The notes under the pieces were generated by a model. It had not been told where the DNA came from and searched no databases. It saw nothing but the letters and a program-made list of their open reading frames with translations. A stretch of 58,697 bases of DNA, the filler included, from Barthelona sp. PAP020 (lineage: Eukaryota): assembly GCA_040182905.1 (NCBI GenBank). It is 6 parts of 6 records of this genome, joined end to end, with 100 filler letters (N's around TTAATTAATTAA, not from the genome) between each part and the next. Parts side by side here need not be neighbours in the genome. Positions count along the whole stretch, not along the records: positions 9,913 to 19,710 come from JARQWU010000418.1; positions 19,811 to 29,496 come from JARQWU010000419.1; 4 more parts are not named here. One strand, 5' to 3'. The stretch's first letter is position 1. The number at the start of each line of letters is the position of its first letter. Made by a program: the position numbers and the translations under genes. This document shows, one piece after another, positions 10,072 to 21,102 of the stretch.

Positions 10072-11883
10072 TTAAAAATCTTTGACTTCGGGAATGCCAT
10101 TGGAATAAGAATTCAAACAGTTGTTCAACTGTTGTTCTATTAAATTCTTTAATTTTTCAATAGCGTTCGGTTTTAATCGCCAAATTCTACCAAAAGAAAC
10201 AGCCAATTCCGTTGGATTTGTATCAGGATATATTGTCAATCTTTGATGTTTATTTGCTTGTCCGAATGCAACGTCTAGATATAATAAAGGCTTTGATTCG
10301 GTATTCCGTTGCATGTTTCTTCTTTCTGTTTCTAATTCAAAAGGTTTGAAAGGCAAAGCTTTAGTTTTTCGATATGTTTCATCGGTATATCTTGGTTTTG
10401 GTTCTTCTTCAAGTTTTTTTTCTCTGGCTTTTTTCAATCTGTCAATAACCTTTTGTTGTGACAATGATAATTTGCTTTTGGGAGATATTGTTTTTTCATT
10501 AATTTTCGGACAAAAAGTACATTTCTTAAATTCACTCTCTTCAAAAGTTTCATATTTAGAAACTCTTTTGGGACTTTGGGATAGTTCCAAATAAGTATGT
10601 TTTACCCCATTTGTACTTTTTGATTTATAAAGAGTCGGGGAAAATGTGCATTCTTTTTCCTTTTCCTTTTTTAAATCTTCTTTAAGTCTGAAAATTTTCT
10701 CAATTTTTTTCTGCCCATCATCATATAGTCGGTTAAATGTATTTAATCTGGGGTCTTCTTTGTAATCACCAACTGTTGTGTAATTAAATAAATCAGAAGC
10801 ATTTAATTTTTCCTCTTTATTGGGGGTATATAAGTTTTTATTGGTTTTGGCTTTTCTTCTCTCTTTAAATAAATGATTTTTAAATTTCTCTTTTAAATTC
10901 TTGACAATATCAGCAAATATAGGATTGTCAAAAGAAATTTTTTCAATTTCTTTTTCTTTGAAGAATTCTTCATCTGCATCAATTATATGAGCATATAAAC
11001 TGGTTATCCTGGAATGACTGATTCTTGATTCATCATCATTTTCCCCCAAACTGGTCATTAATTGTGCAATAACAAAATCATCCAAAGGGTCATCAATTTC
11101 ATCATCCATTAAGTCCAATTCAATCAAAATTTGAGTTAATTCTGAACTTTCTACTGGATCATTGTATTCTTTTAAACATTCTAAACAAACTTTAAATCTT
11201 TGTTCAGTGATAATATAGCTGGAGCGTTCATTTATTGTTACTTTAGGTAAAAATTTCTTAGGCTTATTCTTTGGTTTTATTGCAAGATTATATAAATGAT
11301 TTGACCTGTTAATTGCTCTTTTTTCAATGCTGGATGAAATTTTTTTCGGAGAGTCTAACTTTAACTTTGGTGATTTATTTGATTTCACTGACAATCTTTC
11401 AAAGACTTCAGATTCACGATGGAGATTTTCAGAATAATCATTTATCTTTGGACTAAAGGTCAATTCATTATCTCTTTCATCAACTAAAGCCGATTTCAGA
11501 GTCTCGATTTTTTTTTGTTTCAACGATAGAAATCTTTCTTGGTCTTTGAGAAAAGCTTGATGCGATCTTCGCGGAGAATTATCTTTTGAGGACTTAGGTT
11601 GAAAAGTCAATTGTGAATTTTGTTCATTTTGAATTTGTTCTGTCAAATTGGCAATAACATTTGAATTATTTTTTGAATATAGCCGTTCAAAAACATTTGG
11701 CTGATTAAGTACTAACATTGCATTGGGTATACTCGACTGCTTGGGTGTTATTGGATGAATACTTTCACTTTCACTTTCTTCCTTTCGGACAGTTGTCGGA
11801 TCTATGAAATTTGGCCAAGGTTGATTCAATGGAGATAATTCGGTATCATTTTCATCATTATAACTGCCGTAATAGTAACTCAT
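10072..11883 (-). CDS. Repeat-containing hypothetical protein, possibly microtubule-associated
   Basis: Recurrent FERLY/FNRLY and (C/L)TFxPKIN motifs (LTFQPK, LTFSPKIN, CTFSPTL, CTFCPKIN); first ATG at 11883. Confidence 0.6.
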   Translation of the reverse strand: MSYYYGSYNDENDTELSPLNQPWPNFIDPTTVRKEESESESIHPITPKQSSIPNAMLVLNQPNVFERLYSKNNSNVIANLTEQIQNEQNSQLTFQPKSSKDNSPRRSHQAFLKDQERFLSLKQKKIETLKSALVDERDNELTFSPKINDYSENLHRESEVFERLSVKSNKSPKLKLDSPKKISSSIEKRAINRSNHLYNLAIKPKNKPKKFLPKVTINERSSYIITEQRFKVCLECLKEYNDPVESSELTQILIELDLMDDEIDDPLDDFVIAQLMTSLGENDDESRISHSRITSLYAHIIDADEEFFKEKEIEKISFDNPIFADIVKNLKEKFKNHLFKERRKAKTNKNLYTPNKEEKLNASDLFNYTTVGDYKEDPRLNTFNRLYDDGQKKIEKIFRLKEDLKKEKEKECTFSPTLYKSKSTNGVKHTYLELSQSPKRVSKYETFEESEFKKCTFCPKINEKTISPKSKLSLSQQKVIDRLKKAREKKLEEEPKPRYTDETYRKTKALPFKPFELETERRNMQRNTESKPLLYLDVAFGQANKHQRLTIYPDTNPTELAVSFGRIWRLKPNAIEKLKNLIEQQLNNCLNSYSNGIPEVKDF

Positions 11884-12004
11884 TGACAAATTTTAAACTG
11901 TTATTCAATCGAAACAGTCAGAAAAATGAAATAAAAATTAATCTTAAAAGAAAAAAATTTTTTTTTTCAAAAAAAAAAACCTACTTCAAACACTTTATTG
12001 AAAC

Positions 12005-12559
12005 TTAATTATAATATTCAACTTCTACTTTAATTTTCTTGGGTTTGTTTTCAACATTTTGAGGTCTGCCAAAAACAATGCACAAATTGGCGAAAGTTTC
12101 ATCTTCCTTACCAAATTGCTTAACAATTTCTTCAGCACCATACTTAACCAAACCAACAGGCAAACCTTTGTAACCTAAAGCTTCAGCAGCCAACAACAAG
12201 TTTTCACATGCAAAACCCATATCTTCAAATTGCCATTCATTCCAATCAGCTGAAGCTTTGTTAATGAAACAATACACAACAACAGGAGCATCACAAAAAA
12301 TAGGTTCATTGACACCCAAAGTTTCACGTCTTTTTGGAATAGGATCCCAACCGTTAGGAAGATTGTCTTCAGTTACTCTACTGATACGATTGTTGATTTC
12401 ACGATTAGTACAAACTTTAAATCTCCACTTTTGGAAATTACAAGCAGAAGGAGCTGAAAGAGCACATTCCATTATGTTTTCAATGTCTTCTTGAGGGACG
12501 ATATCATCAGTATATTGACGGCAAGAACTGCGGCTTTTAATGAGATTGAGAAAATCCAT
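12005..12559 (-). CDS. Nitroreductase family (FMN-dependent) protein
   Basis: IKSRSSCRQY, ALSAPSACNFQKWRF, APVVV and DMGFACENLLLAAEALGY are nitroreductase signatures. Confidence 0.92.
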   Translation of the reverse strand: MDFLNLIKSRSSCRQYTDDIVPQEDIENIMECALSAPSACNFQKWRFKVCTNREINNRISRVTEDNLPNGWDPIPKRRETLGVNEPIFCDAPVVVYCFINKASADWNEWQFEDMGFACENLLLAAEALGYKGLPVGLVKYGAEEIVKQFGKEDETFANLCIVFGRPQNVENKPKKIKVEVEYYN

Positions 12560-12825
12560 GACGAAAAAAAAAAAAATTTTTTTGTTTAACTTTCTTCAAT
12601 CAAAAATGATTGGTTTCAAAAATCTTTTTAATTTTCATATTGAATCAGATCATATCTTTTATCAAGTTTTAATATTCAATTTTTGTTTTTTAAAGAAATT
12701 TGATGAAAGTCAAAAAAAAAAAAAGAAATTCTTTTTTATTGATTGGAAAGTTTTCATTTTGAAAAAACTTTTCTTCTAAGGAATCAAATAAAGGTTTTGA
12801 TGAAATAAAAATATCAATCATCACT

Positions 12826-15045
12826 TCAAAATGAATGGTCAAAATCAAAAAAGATATTTGCCAAGATTGATCTAACAAGTTCATCATTTGTTTTTTCATA
12901 ATTTTTAATATTTGAAACAGTTGACATTTGACACAGTAAATATTGTAAATAATTATATTTTTGAGGATTGTTAAGAAGGGAAGGTTTATTTAGATCTTCT
13001 ACAAAAATTTTCAAAAACTTTTCACCCCCAATATCATATTTAGGAAGAAGGGATGTGAACATGAATTTACCATTTAACAATATGATGAAATGCAAGGGCA
13101 TTATAAAAATTTCGGTTGTTGTTTCGAAAGTTTTTAAACAATCTTTATTGATGAAAGGAAAAAAGGGTGTAATTTTTCGAAATTCCAAAGTGGATCTTTT
13201 TTTTGAATAAATTAACTCATTATCTTCCAAAACATGCGGTAACAAATCATTTATAAAAATGAAATCTTGATTTGACAATTTTTTTGGAAAAAAGCAAAAA
13301 TTAGAATTATAGAATTTTTCGATAGAAATTTTTGCACACATCAACCAACAGAGCATTTTCCAGCATTTGGTTACATTAAAATTTACTTCATCAATGTTAT
13401 TACGATCTGACATTTTATGAAAGAAATATAAGAAAAGTTGAACATCTTTTGACAAAGAATTAGTGACACCAATGTCATTACTCAATGAACCAAACAAGGA
13501 AATGGCAACACAAATCAAAGAAATTCCACAATTAGAAGTTGCTAAACCGGCCATTATTAATTTAAATAATTGTTGAGATATATTCAAATGAAATGGATTG
13601 CTTTTTATCTGATTCAAATTTATTGAATCAATTTGCGGCAGAATTTTCAAATTTTGATCCCTTAAAACAAAACAAAAAGTGTTTGGAAAACAACAAGAAC
13701 ATATATTTTCAATTGTTGAATTATCCATATTTTTTTCCATGTGACAATTTGAATATTCAGATCTAATAATTTCAAAAGGTATGATAAATAGCATATCCAG
13801 GTTCAGATCCATCAATTCAAAAAAAGAATCAGAAATGTGAATGGAAGAGGCATTGTTTTCTAAAAATTCTTGATCGAATAATTCTTGGACATTACAAAAA
13901 ATTCCACAAGCCTTATTCAAATATGTTAATTCAAAGCACTTAATCAATTGAGGTAAAATATCAAAAACTCTTTCAACACAATTGATTCTGATTGGATCTT
14001 CAATAGAAAAACCATTAAAAAACAAATGAATTTGATCCAAATAAGTTATTTTTTTTTTGTCATAAATAGTTTTAAACGAAATAAAATCCAATTTTTTGAA
14101 TGAAAAATACATAATATGCTGAATTTCCCGTTCTTTTTTCTTTTCAAAAGTGTTCAGTTCATCACCAACAATTAAAATATACTTGACTTCAAGAAATGTT
14201 TCAAAATGTTCCCAATTTATTTCAAAACTGCTTTTGTTGGTAATTAGAAAGAGACTGTTGATATTATATTGAATTGTTGATGTTATGATCCCCCATTCAT
14301 CTATATTGTTTGTTAATGAAACATATAACCAAGGACAAAAATCATCGGGTAAAACAACAACCATTTTTTTTTCAAAAGCACTCATAATTATACCAGCCAT
14401 CCCAATACTATCAATAATTGGATGTTTGGTTAGCCAATTGGTTGAATTGATTGAAATATCATTAATCCTCTTGAAAACCAAGCTGTTATGAAGATGATAT
14501 TCTTCAGTTATTTCATGAGCAATATTCTTTAAATGCAAAGATGACAGAGAAACAATATCAGTAAATAATTTATCTTTCCAATAAGGACATACTTTCAAAA
14601 TGAACTCAACAACTGAATAATAATTCAAAGAAAACAAAGTCTTCACAACATTAAAAGGATCATCCGAAACAAATACACTTAAAGTATATAATGGAGCCAC
14701 GTAAAATTTCTTTGATTCATCAGTCAATCCATACAAGAAAAGTAAAGCAAATAAATCAAATTTATTCTCTAAAAATAACATTTTTATTATTTTTTTTGTG
14801 GAAAAAAGATAAAATTTATTCATAAATGGATAGAATAAATGAATGTCATTACAACACAATAAAGACAGATTTTTGGAAACAATATTCATATTTGTTCTTA
14901 AATTTTCTTTCGAAACAATCCCATTGTGACTTATGTGGCAAAATTCACCAAAAATTTCTTCATCAATAAAGAGTTGATTAATAGGAATATGGTCCACTAT
15001 ATATTGTTGATGTGACAAACACAGTATTTTTTGGTCATTACTCAT
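12826..15045 (-). CDS. Large hypothetical protein
   Basis: Open frame of about 740 codons; first ATG at 15045 (the listed TTG start would overlap the GSK3 start). No recognisable motif. Confidence 0.65.
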   Translation of the reverse strand: MSNDQKILCLSHQQYIVDHIPINQLFIDEEIFGEFCHISHNGIVSKENLRTNMNIVSKNLSLLCCNDIHLFYPFMNKFYLFSTKKIIKMLFLENKFDLFALLFLYGLTDESKKFYVAPLYTLSVFVSDDPFNVVKTLFSLNYYSVVEFILKVCPYWKDKLFTDIVSLSSLHLKNIAHEITEEYHLHNSLVFKRINDISINSTNWLTKHPIIDSIGMAGIIMSAFEKKMVVVLPDDFCPWLYVSLTNNIDEWGIITSTIQYNINSLFLITNKSSFEINWEHFETFLEVKYILIVGDELNTFEKKKEREIQHIMYFSFKKLDFISFKTIYDKKKITYLDQIHLFFNGFSIEDPIRINCVERVFDILPQLIKCFELTYLNKACGIFCNVQELFDQEFLENNASSIHISDSFFELMDLNLDMLFIIPFEIIRSEYSNCHMEKNMDNSTIENICSCCFPNTFCFVLRDQNLKILPQIDSINLNQIKSNPFHLNISQQLFKLIMAGLATSNCGISLICVAISLFGSLSNDIGVTNSLSKDVQLFLYFFHKMSDRNNIDEVNFNVTKCWKMLCWLMCAKISIEKFYNSNFCFFPKKLSNQDFIFINDLLPHVLEDNELIYSKKRSTLEFRKITPFFPFINKDCLKTFETTTEIFIMPLHFIILLNGKFMFTSLLPKYDIGGEKFLKIFVEDLNKPSLLNNPQKYNYLQYLLCQMSTVSNIKNYEKTNDELVRSILANIFFDFDHSF

Positions 15046-15107
15046 AAAAATTTTGCCTTCCCATTGAAAGAAAGCTTGAAATAGTTCAAATTCACATATT
15101 TTTTTCG

Positions 15108-16319
15108 ATGTCAAATTCTATAATTGATGTTGAAACGGCACCTGTCGCACCAAATTCGCTTGTAGAACTTGAGAATGAGCTTCGAAATCATGATGTTAAC
15201 AGTTTTTTTAATTTTTTAATATTTTTCTAATTTTTTGCAGTTCATCGATATCATGATTATCTTCAAGATGATAGAATTCAAATTAATCATCCCATTTTAC
15301 CAGAAGAAAAGTTTACTTTTGGCATTAATCAAGTTGTAGGTTCAGGAAGTTTTGGACATGTTTTTAACGCTAAATGCGTTGAAACTGGAGAAGTTGTTGC
15401 AATTAAAAAGGTTTTTCAGGATAGAAGATATAAGAATCGTGAATTGGAAATTATGAAGGAATTACACCATGTTAACATTGTTAAGTTATTTGTTCCATTT
15501 TATACAAATGCTAACAGATCAGATGGTATTTATTTAAATCTTGTAATGGAATATTTCCCTGAAAATTTGGCAAGAATAATAAGATATTATTCAAGCAATC
15601 ATCAAACAATACACATGAAGTTTATAAAATTGTACACCTATCAAATGTTACGAGGCTTAGCATATTGCCATGCTCTTGGTATTTGTCATCGTGATATCAA
15701 ACCTCACAATATTTTAGTCAATCCTTCAACAGGAAGATTAGTTGTATGTGATTTTGGGTCTGCCAAAAAAGTCATTCCAACGCAAAACAATGTTTATTAC
15801 ATTTCTTCTAGATATTATCGTGCACCTGAACTCATTTTTCAAGCTTCCAAGTATTCCTTTGCCATTGATGCATGGTCAGCAGGCTGTGTTTTCGCTGAAA
15901 TGATTTCAGGACAAGTTCTGTTTCATGGTCAAAGTCAAGTTGAATTGCTTATCAACATAATTCGATTGTTAGGAGTTCCATCTAAAGCTGATATCCGCGC
16001 TATGAATCCTGAATATAGAGCAAAAACTACTTTTCCAAGCATTTCAAGGACAGATTTCAGGAGATTTTTCCGTATTTACCGTGCACCTGATGATGCTATC
16101 GATTTGCTTGCTAAATTGTTAATGTATGATCCACATGCGCGTATTTCCACTTCTAAAGCATTATTACATCCATTTTTTGATGAATTAAGGTCACCTGATT
16201 TTAATTTACCTCAAAATCATCCTTTACCTCCTCTTTTTGATTTTTGTGAAGAAGAATTAAACATGTATACCCCCTCTGAACTTGAGAAATTGATTCCTTC
16301 ACATGTTCAGAATCTTTAA
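15108..16319 (+). CDS. GSK3: GSK3/shaggy-like kinase; join(15108..15201,15241..16319), 390 aa
   Basis: VVGSGSFG, VAIKKVFQDRRYKNRELEIM, HRDIKPHN, CDFGSAK and YISSRYYRAPEL. A 39-nt GT...TTCTAAT...CAG intron at 15202-15240 removes an in-frame TAA. Confidence 0.92.
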
Positions 16320-16363
16320 CAATTTTTGAGATTTTTGAAAAAATTGAAAATGAAAATTTTATG

Positions 16364-17329
16364 TTATATTTTTTTAACTTTAAAGTTTTTGAACAACAAT
16401 TTGTATATTGGACTTAAAAAATTTGTCAATAAATTAACATCAATTATTTTTTCTATCAATCTGTAACAATGATTCAACCACCACATTTCACGAACATTGA
16501 CACGACTAATGGAACGAAAAGTGACATCAACCACTTTTTCAGGGGTAGTTGCCATCAGCTTCATCAATTTTGTCCCCAAACAATTTGGCATATTATCGAA
16601 AAAAGCCGTTTTAATAGGACCAGGCGCAATGGTAAGTGTGTCAATTCTGGTTCCACTAGTTTCAATTGATAAAATTCGTCCAAACATGGAATTTGAGGAC
16701 TTTGGAGCGCAATAGAGCGAAAAACCAGGGATAGGAACATTGGCAATAACGGAACTGGTGATTATTATTGCTGTTTTACAATCAAGATTGTTAAACCTAC
16801 TGACAAAATGATTACATAATTCCATTAAATTTACCATCATCAGATTTTCAGTCTCATTGATATCTTTTGTGTCCATTTCTCCAATATATCCACTACTAAC
16901 ATAACCAGCATTTAGAAACACAGAAGTTATTATCATATCCTTCGTTTGTTTTCTAATTTGTTCCACGGGATTGGTTTTTTTGCTAGATAAATCACATTGA
17001 ATGGTTTTGAATTCAATTTTATGTTGTTTATTACAATCGTCCATAAAATATGGATATTTTTGTTCCAATTTTCGTACAGCATCATTCAACTTCGAATTAT
17101 TCTTGGAAACCAATATTAAATTCACACCTTGGGAAGCTAGTCTCTCAGCAAATGCAAATCCAAGGCCACTAGATCCACCTGTAATCAACGCATATGTTTT
17201 ATCATTTCCATTTTCATATCTCTTTTTGAAATTTTTTGGTTTTGATAATTTCGTTTTAACAATTGGATAGAAATATGTAAATGCAGAAATTATTGGAAGC
17301 ACTGCCAAAATGTAGAATAAAACATTCAT
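16364..17329 (-). CDS. Membrane-anchored short-chain dehydrogenase (3-ketoacyl-CoA reductase/17beta-HSD12-like)
   Basis: N-terminal hydrophobic anchor, ALITGGSSGLG, LNAG and YCAPK (YxxxK). Confidence 0.85.
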   Translation of the reverse strand: MNVLFYILAVLPIISAFTYFYPIVKTKLSKPKNFKKRYENGNDKTYALITGGSSGLGFAFAERLASQGVNLILVSKNNSKLNDAVRKLEQKYPYFMDDCNKQHKIEFKTIQCDLSSKKTNPVEQIRKQTKDMIITSVFLNAGYVSSGYIGEMDTKDINETENLMMVNLMELCNHFVSRFNNLDCKTAIIITSSVIANVPIPGFSLYCAPKSSNSMFGRILSIETSGTRIDTLTIAPGPIKTAFFDNMPNCLGTKLMKLMATTPEKVVDVTFRSISRVNVREMWWLNHCYRLIEKIIDVNLLTNFLSPIYKLLFKNFKVKKI

Positions 17330-17347
17330 GTGTAGATTAATTTTTTA

Positions 17348-18391
17348 ATGATCTTTGGCAAACAGTACAATTCAGAGCTCGATCCAGCCGAATTGAATGA
17401 TAATTTATGCATGTATGTTGAAAATTTACCGTGTTGTGAGTTTTGTCCAAATATCCCAGCTGCTCTTAAATTGAATGTTAATCATCTTTTAATTCCTTCT
17501 TCAAGTTGTTTTGTGAATAATCATGTTGACAATTTGATTGTTAGTCCTTCTTTTCCTCAAACATTTAAAACTGATATTGTTGATGAATTTATAAACAATC
17601 GAGGAGAAGAAGTTTTAGTCTTTTGTGATTACGGATTTGGGCTTGATGAAGAATGCTTGACATCTCAACATCTTCAATATCATTCCTCCAATTGTCTCAA
17701 TATTTTTTCAAAGAAAATTACGTTTCCACTTGATAATGTTATTTGTTTGATTGTCACATCTTCTTCCAAAAACCATTTTGTTAGAGAATTGTTGATAATG
17801 TTAAATGTTCCCACATTTATTTATGATGGAACGTCAATACTTCCTGTCGATCCATTTCCTTCTTTCAATAAAATAATGCTTACACATCAAGTTTTGGCAA
17901 GAAAATTGGCATCTTCAAGTTGTTTGACTTTTGTTGTTTCACCAATAATTTCAAATTTACAATTACTGAATGATTTAGTGATGTATTTGAGGAGCAATTG
18001 TGGTATTCGAGCCTCTATTGCCCAAATGGGAGCATTGTCACTTGAAAGAATTGCAAGCTTTTACAACAAAGCTGATTATGTTGTTTTGGTTGGTTGCCCC
18101 AATTTCATGTTGAAATCTCGTGATTCATCGAACAGAGATTTTGTTCCAAAATTAACCATGTTGCCAGATTTGCTTCTTGGTTTGCATTTTATTGAATCTT
18201 ACAATTCTTTGCCTCATTTGTCGTTGAATGCTTGTTTTGATGCCATTCAAAAAAATGTTTCAGATATGATTCTCCACAATGCGTCATTTGAAGTTTCCAT
18301 CCCACAAAAAGCCCCACTGACTTTGAATCAACAGAACATGTTCAGGAAAATTTTGGATGGTCAAGATGGATATGCTGCAACATATTCATAA
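17348..18391 (+). CDS. DPH2: Diphthamide biosynthesis protein 2-like (divergent, short)
   Basis: SLERIASF...ADYVVLVGCP resembles NPAKLANF...IDVFVLVACP; C-terminal GQDGYAATY resembles the DPH2 GRSGIASGY tail. Confidence 0.7.
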   Translation: MIFGKQYNSELDPAELNDNLCMYVENLPCCEFCPNIPAALKLNVNHLLIPSSSCFVNNHVDNLIVSPSFPQTFKTDIVDEFINNRGEEVLVFCDYGFGLDEECLTSQHLQYHSSNCLNIFSKKITFPLDNVICLIVTSSSKNHFVRELLIMLNVPTFIYDGTSILPVDPFPSFNKIMLTHQVLARKLASSSCLTFVVSPIISNLQLLNDLVMYLRSNCGIRASIAQMGALSLERIASFYNKADYVVLVGCPNFMLKSRDSSNRDFVPKLTMLPDLLLGLHFIESYNSLPHLSLNACFDAIQKNVSDMILHNASFEVSIPQKAPLTLNQQNMFRKILDGQDGYAATYS

Positions 18392-19710
18392 CTTTTTTGT
18401 TACTGGTAAAATCTTTTTTTTTTTTTTGTTTTTTTTCAATCATTCAAAAAAGAACTTCTCCAATTGTTTTTGGTGTTGGTCATTCTTTTCAAAAAGTTTT
18501 TTGATTTCATTTCCAAATTTTTCCAACAAACAACATTCTCATTCAATCCGAATCTTTTTAACTTTTATTTTTCAAGACTTTTGTTATGAACTTGTTCCTT
18601 CTATTTATAAATATTTAACAAAGAAACACATATTTGTTCAACAAACAATGTTTCCCTTCAACTTTTCCATTTACGAACAGAACAAAAACTTTGGAAAGTC
18701 ATCACATTTTCCATTTTTGAAAATAATATAAACAGGGAATAAATGTTGCTTCAACTTCAATTATAATTTCAAATTATTTAAACTCTTTATCAATTTAAAA
18801 TAACTTTTATTCAATGTCATAACATTTGTCTCTCTTATTAATATATTAATCATTTTATTGTTATTATTTGAATATAGAATAAGTTATTTCAAAATAAATA
18901 TCATCCAGAATTCTCTCTTATTTCAAACAAAAGAACAAATTTGATTGAGATATTTCCAAAATTTACTATCAACTATCTCTGATTTAATGAAACGTGAAAA
19001 GCAGAATATATTATGTTTTTAAATTTCAAAATAATATTAGTTAACAATTCAAATTACTAATTGAAAAATTAATTATATAAGTTGTAGATTAATTGAAATT
19101 AGTTTGCCCTTTGTTTTAAAAAAAGTATTTTTTATATTTAAGAATTGATATGGAATTAGAATGGGATAAAAACTAGTTGCATTGCAAAAATTACAGGAAA
19201 TATTTTGAGAATGTTTTTGTATTTAAAAGACCAAAAATGTTTTTAGCATAAAAACTAATTTGGTTCAAATTGAATATTTGAATTCTCAAAAGCACATGCA
19301 AATATGAAGATATTTAATGGTAATTTAAAACATTTATTAAATTGAAGAATTGAATATCTGATTATGAAAATTTCTTTTATTTTTCTTACATTTGACTAGT
19401 TTCAAGAAAGGGAAATATTGATATGACATTTTTTATTCCTCAAAGGTGTTAAAATATCGAAAGAGAAAGTCTTCTGAATGAAAGGAAATGGAAAAGAATT
19501 GAAATGAACAAATTGCAAGAAACAATTTCAATGCAAATGAAAAACAGAAAAGAAATGAAGAAAACCAATTTCAGAAATTTCTTTTCCCAAAAACCAACAA
19601 AAAAAAAAAGAAAAAAATTTATTGAAAAGTACATCAATTGATGTCCACTCTGAGTTTTTGTGTGAAAATGGCCTTCAAATCATCTTTGGAATTCAAAAAA
19701 GTACAAAATT

Positions 19711-19810
19711 NNNNNNNNNNNNNNNNNNNNNNNNNNNNNNNNNNNNNNNNNNNNTTAATTAATTAANNNNNNNNNNNNNNNNNNNNNNNNNNNNNNNNNN
19801 NNNNNNNNNN
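19711..19810. other. Artificial contig linker
   Basis: N44-TTAATTAATTAA-N44. Confidence 0.99.
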
Positions 19811-19921
19811 GGCAAAGACAACAGAACAACCAATATTAAAATGAAGTTTAAGTGTCAAGACCCCACAGAGGCTGTGGCCAGATTGGAAAACAGTTTCTTT
19901 AAGTCATTAAAGACAGAATAA
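19811..19921 (+). CDS. 3' fragment of an unidentified gene at the contig start
   Basis: Open frame GKDNRTTNIKMKFKCQDPTEAVARLENSFFKSLKTE* followed by a T-rich 3' region. Confidence 0.4.
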   Translation, partial: GKDNRTTNIKMKFKCQDPTEAVARLENSFFKSLKTE

Positions 19922-20137
19922 ATTATTGTATTTTGTTTTTTTCATCATTTTAGGTCCTTTTCCCAAAAAAATTCCATACCAAACTAATTTGCACTTTCCT
20001 TTTTGATAATCAAGGGAAAAAAAATTTGTTGGAAAGTTTTGGGCAGTTTTTTGGGGGTTTTCCTTTTCAACAAATTTAACTTTCAAAACAAAAATAAATA
20101 TGCATTAATTTATCAGCACACATTTCAAAAATTATAC

Positions 20138-20440
20138 TTAATACATCTTTTGAACAACTCTGGCGTTTTGAACAGTAACGCAAAGACTGCAGCAACCAAC
20201 CATGAGGAGATCCATAAGATCATCATACTTTCTGGAACCCTTTTCATGACGGATACGCTTACGGATACGATATCCTTCGGCAGCACCAGTTAAACAGTCA
20301 CAAAGAGAACATTCTCTGTTATCTTCCATCTTGGCAAGAGTTTCAGCGTTAACCATACCAGGGAGGATACAGGCTTTGATAGTGGTGGGAATATCACCCA
20401 AACATCCAAAAAGACCAACTTCAGCAAAAGGATCAGACAT
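20138..20440 (-). CDS. PLAC8-family cysteine-rich protein
   Basis: GLFGCLGD...ACILP...RKRIR...DLLMVGCCSLCVTVQNAR matches the PLAC8 pattern; likely ATG at 20440. Confidence 0.85.
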   Translation of the reverse strand: MSDPFAEVGLFGCLGDIPTTIKACILPGMVNAETLAKMEDNRECSLCDCLTGAAEGYRIRKRIRHEKGSRKYDDLMDLLMVGCCSLCVTVQNARVVQKMY

Positions 20441-21102
20441 ATTAATTAAACAGAAAAAAAACTGTTGGGAAAAAATCGGCTCCAACCAAAACATTTCAAA
20501 ATTTTTATTCTATTTTTAAAGTTGTAAATAAACAAAAAATATGAACTCATGAACTTTCAGTGATTAAAAAGACATATAAAACTGGGATTTTTTATCGAAG
20601 GGGACATTTTTTCCCATTAGACGGAACTTTTTCCTTTTCAATCAACAAAATATTTTTTGACAATATGTTGCTTTTTTGCAAATACATGCAAGAAAACAAA
20701 TACAAAACAAAGTCCAATCAATTCAAATTTTGGGATAAAATTTTGTGATTTTTCAATAATGAAGACAAAATTTAAATATCTGTAAAACAAAAAAAACAAT
20801 TGAATCCCAATGTACTCATTTATTTTCAAAAGAAATTAAATGAGGGTCGTTTTTCTTCAATGATGTCCTTGTTCATTTTCAACTGAAAAATTAATTTTTT
20901 GACTTGGAATTTATACAAAGATACAAAATAAAGGCATAATTTGGAATGAGAAAGAAGAAAAACAATATTCACAAAAAAATACAATTTGACGACATTATCA
21001 CCAATTTTATTTCATTTCATTTTCAAAACTGACACTCTAATATGTGCCGAAAACAATTGAAAAGAAATAAAAAGTTCAAAAAAGATATTTTCATTAATAT
21101 TT

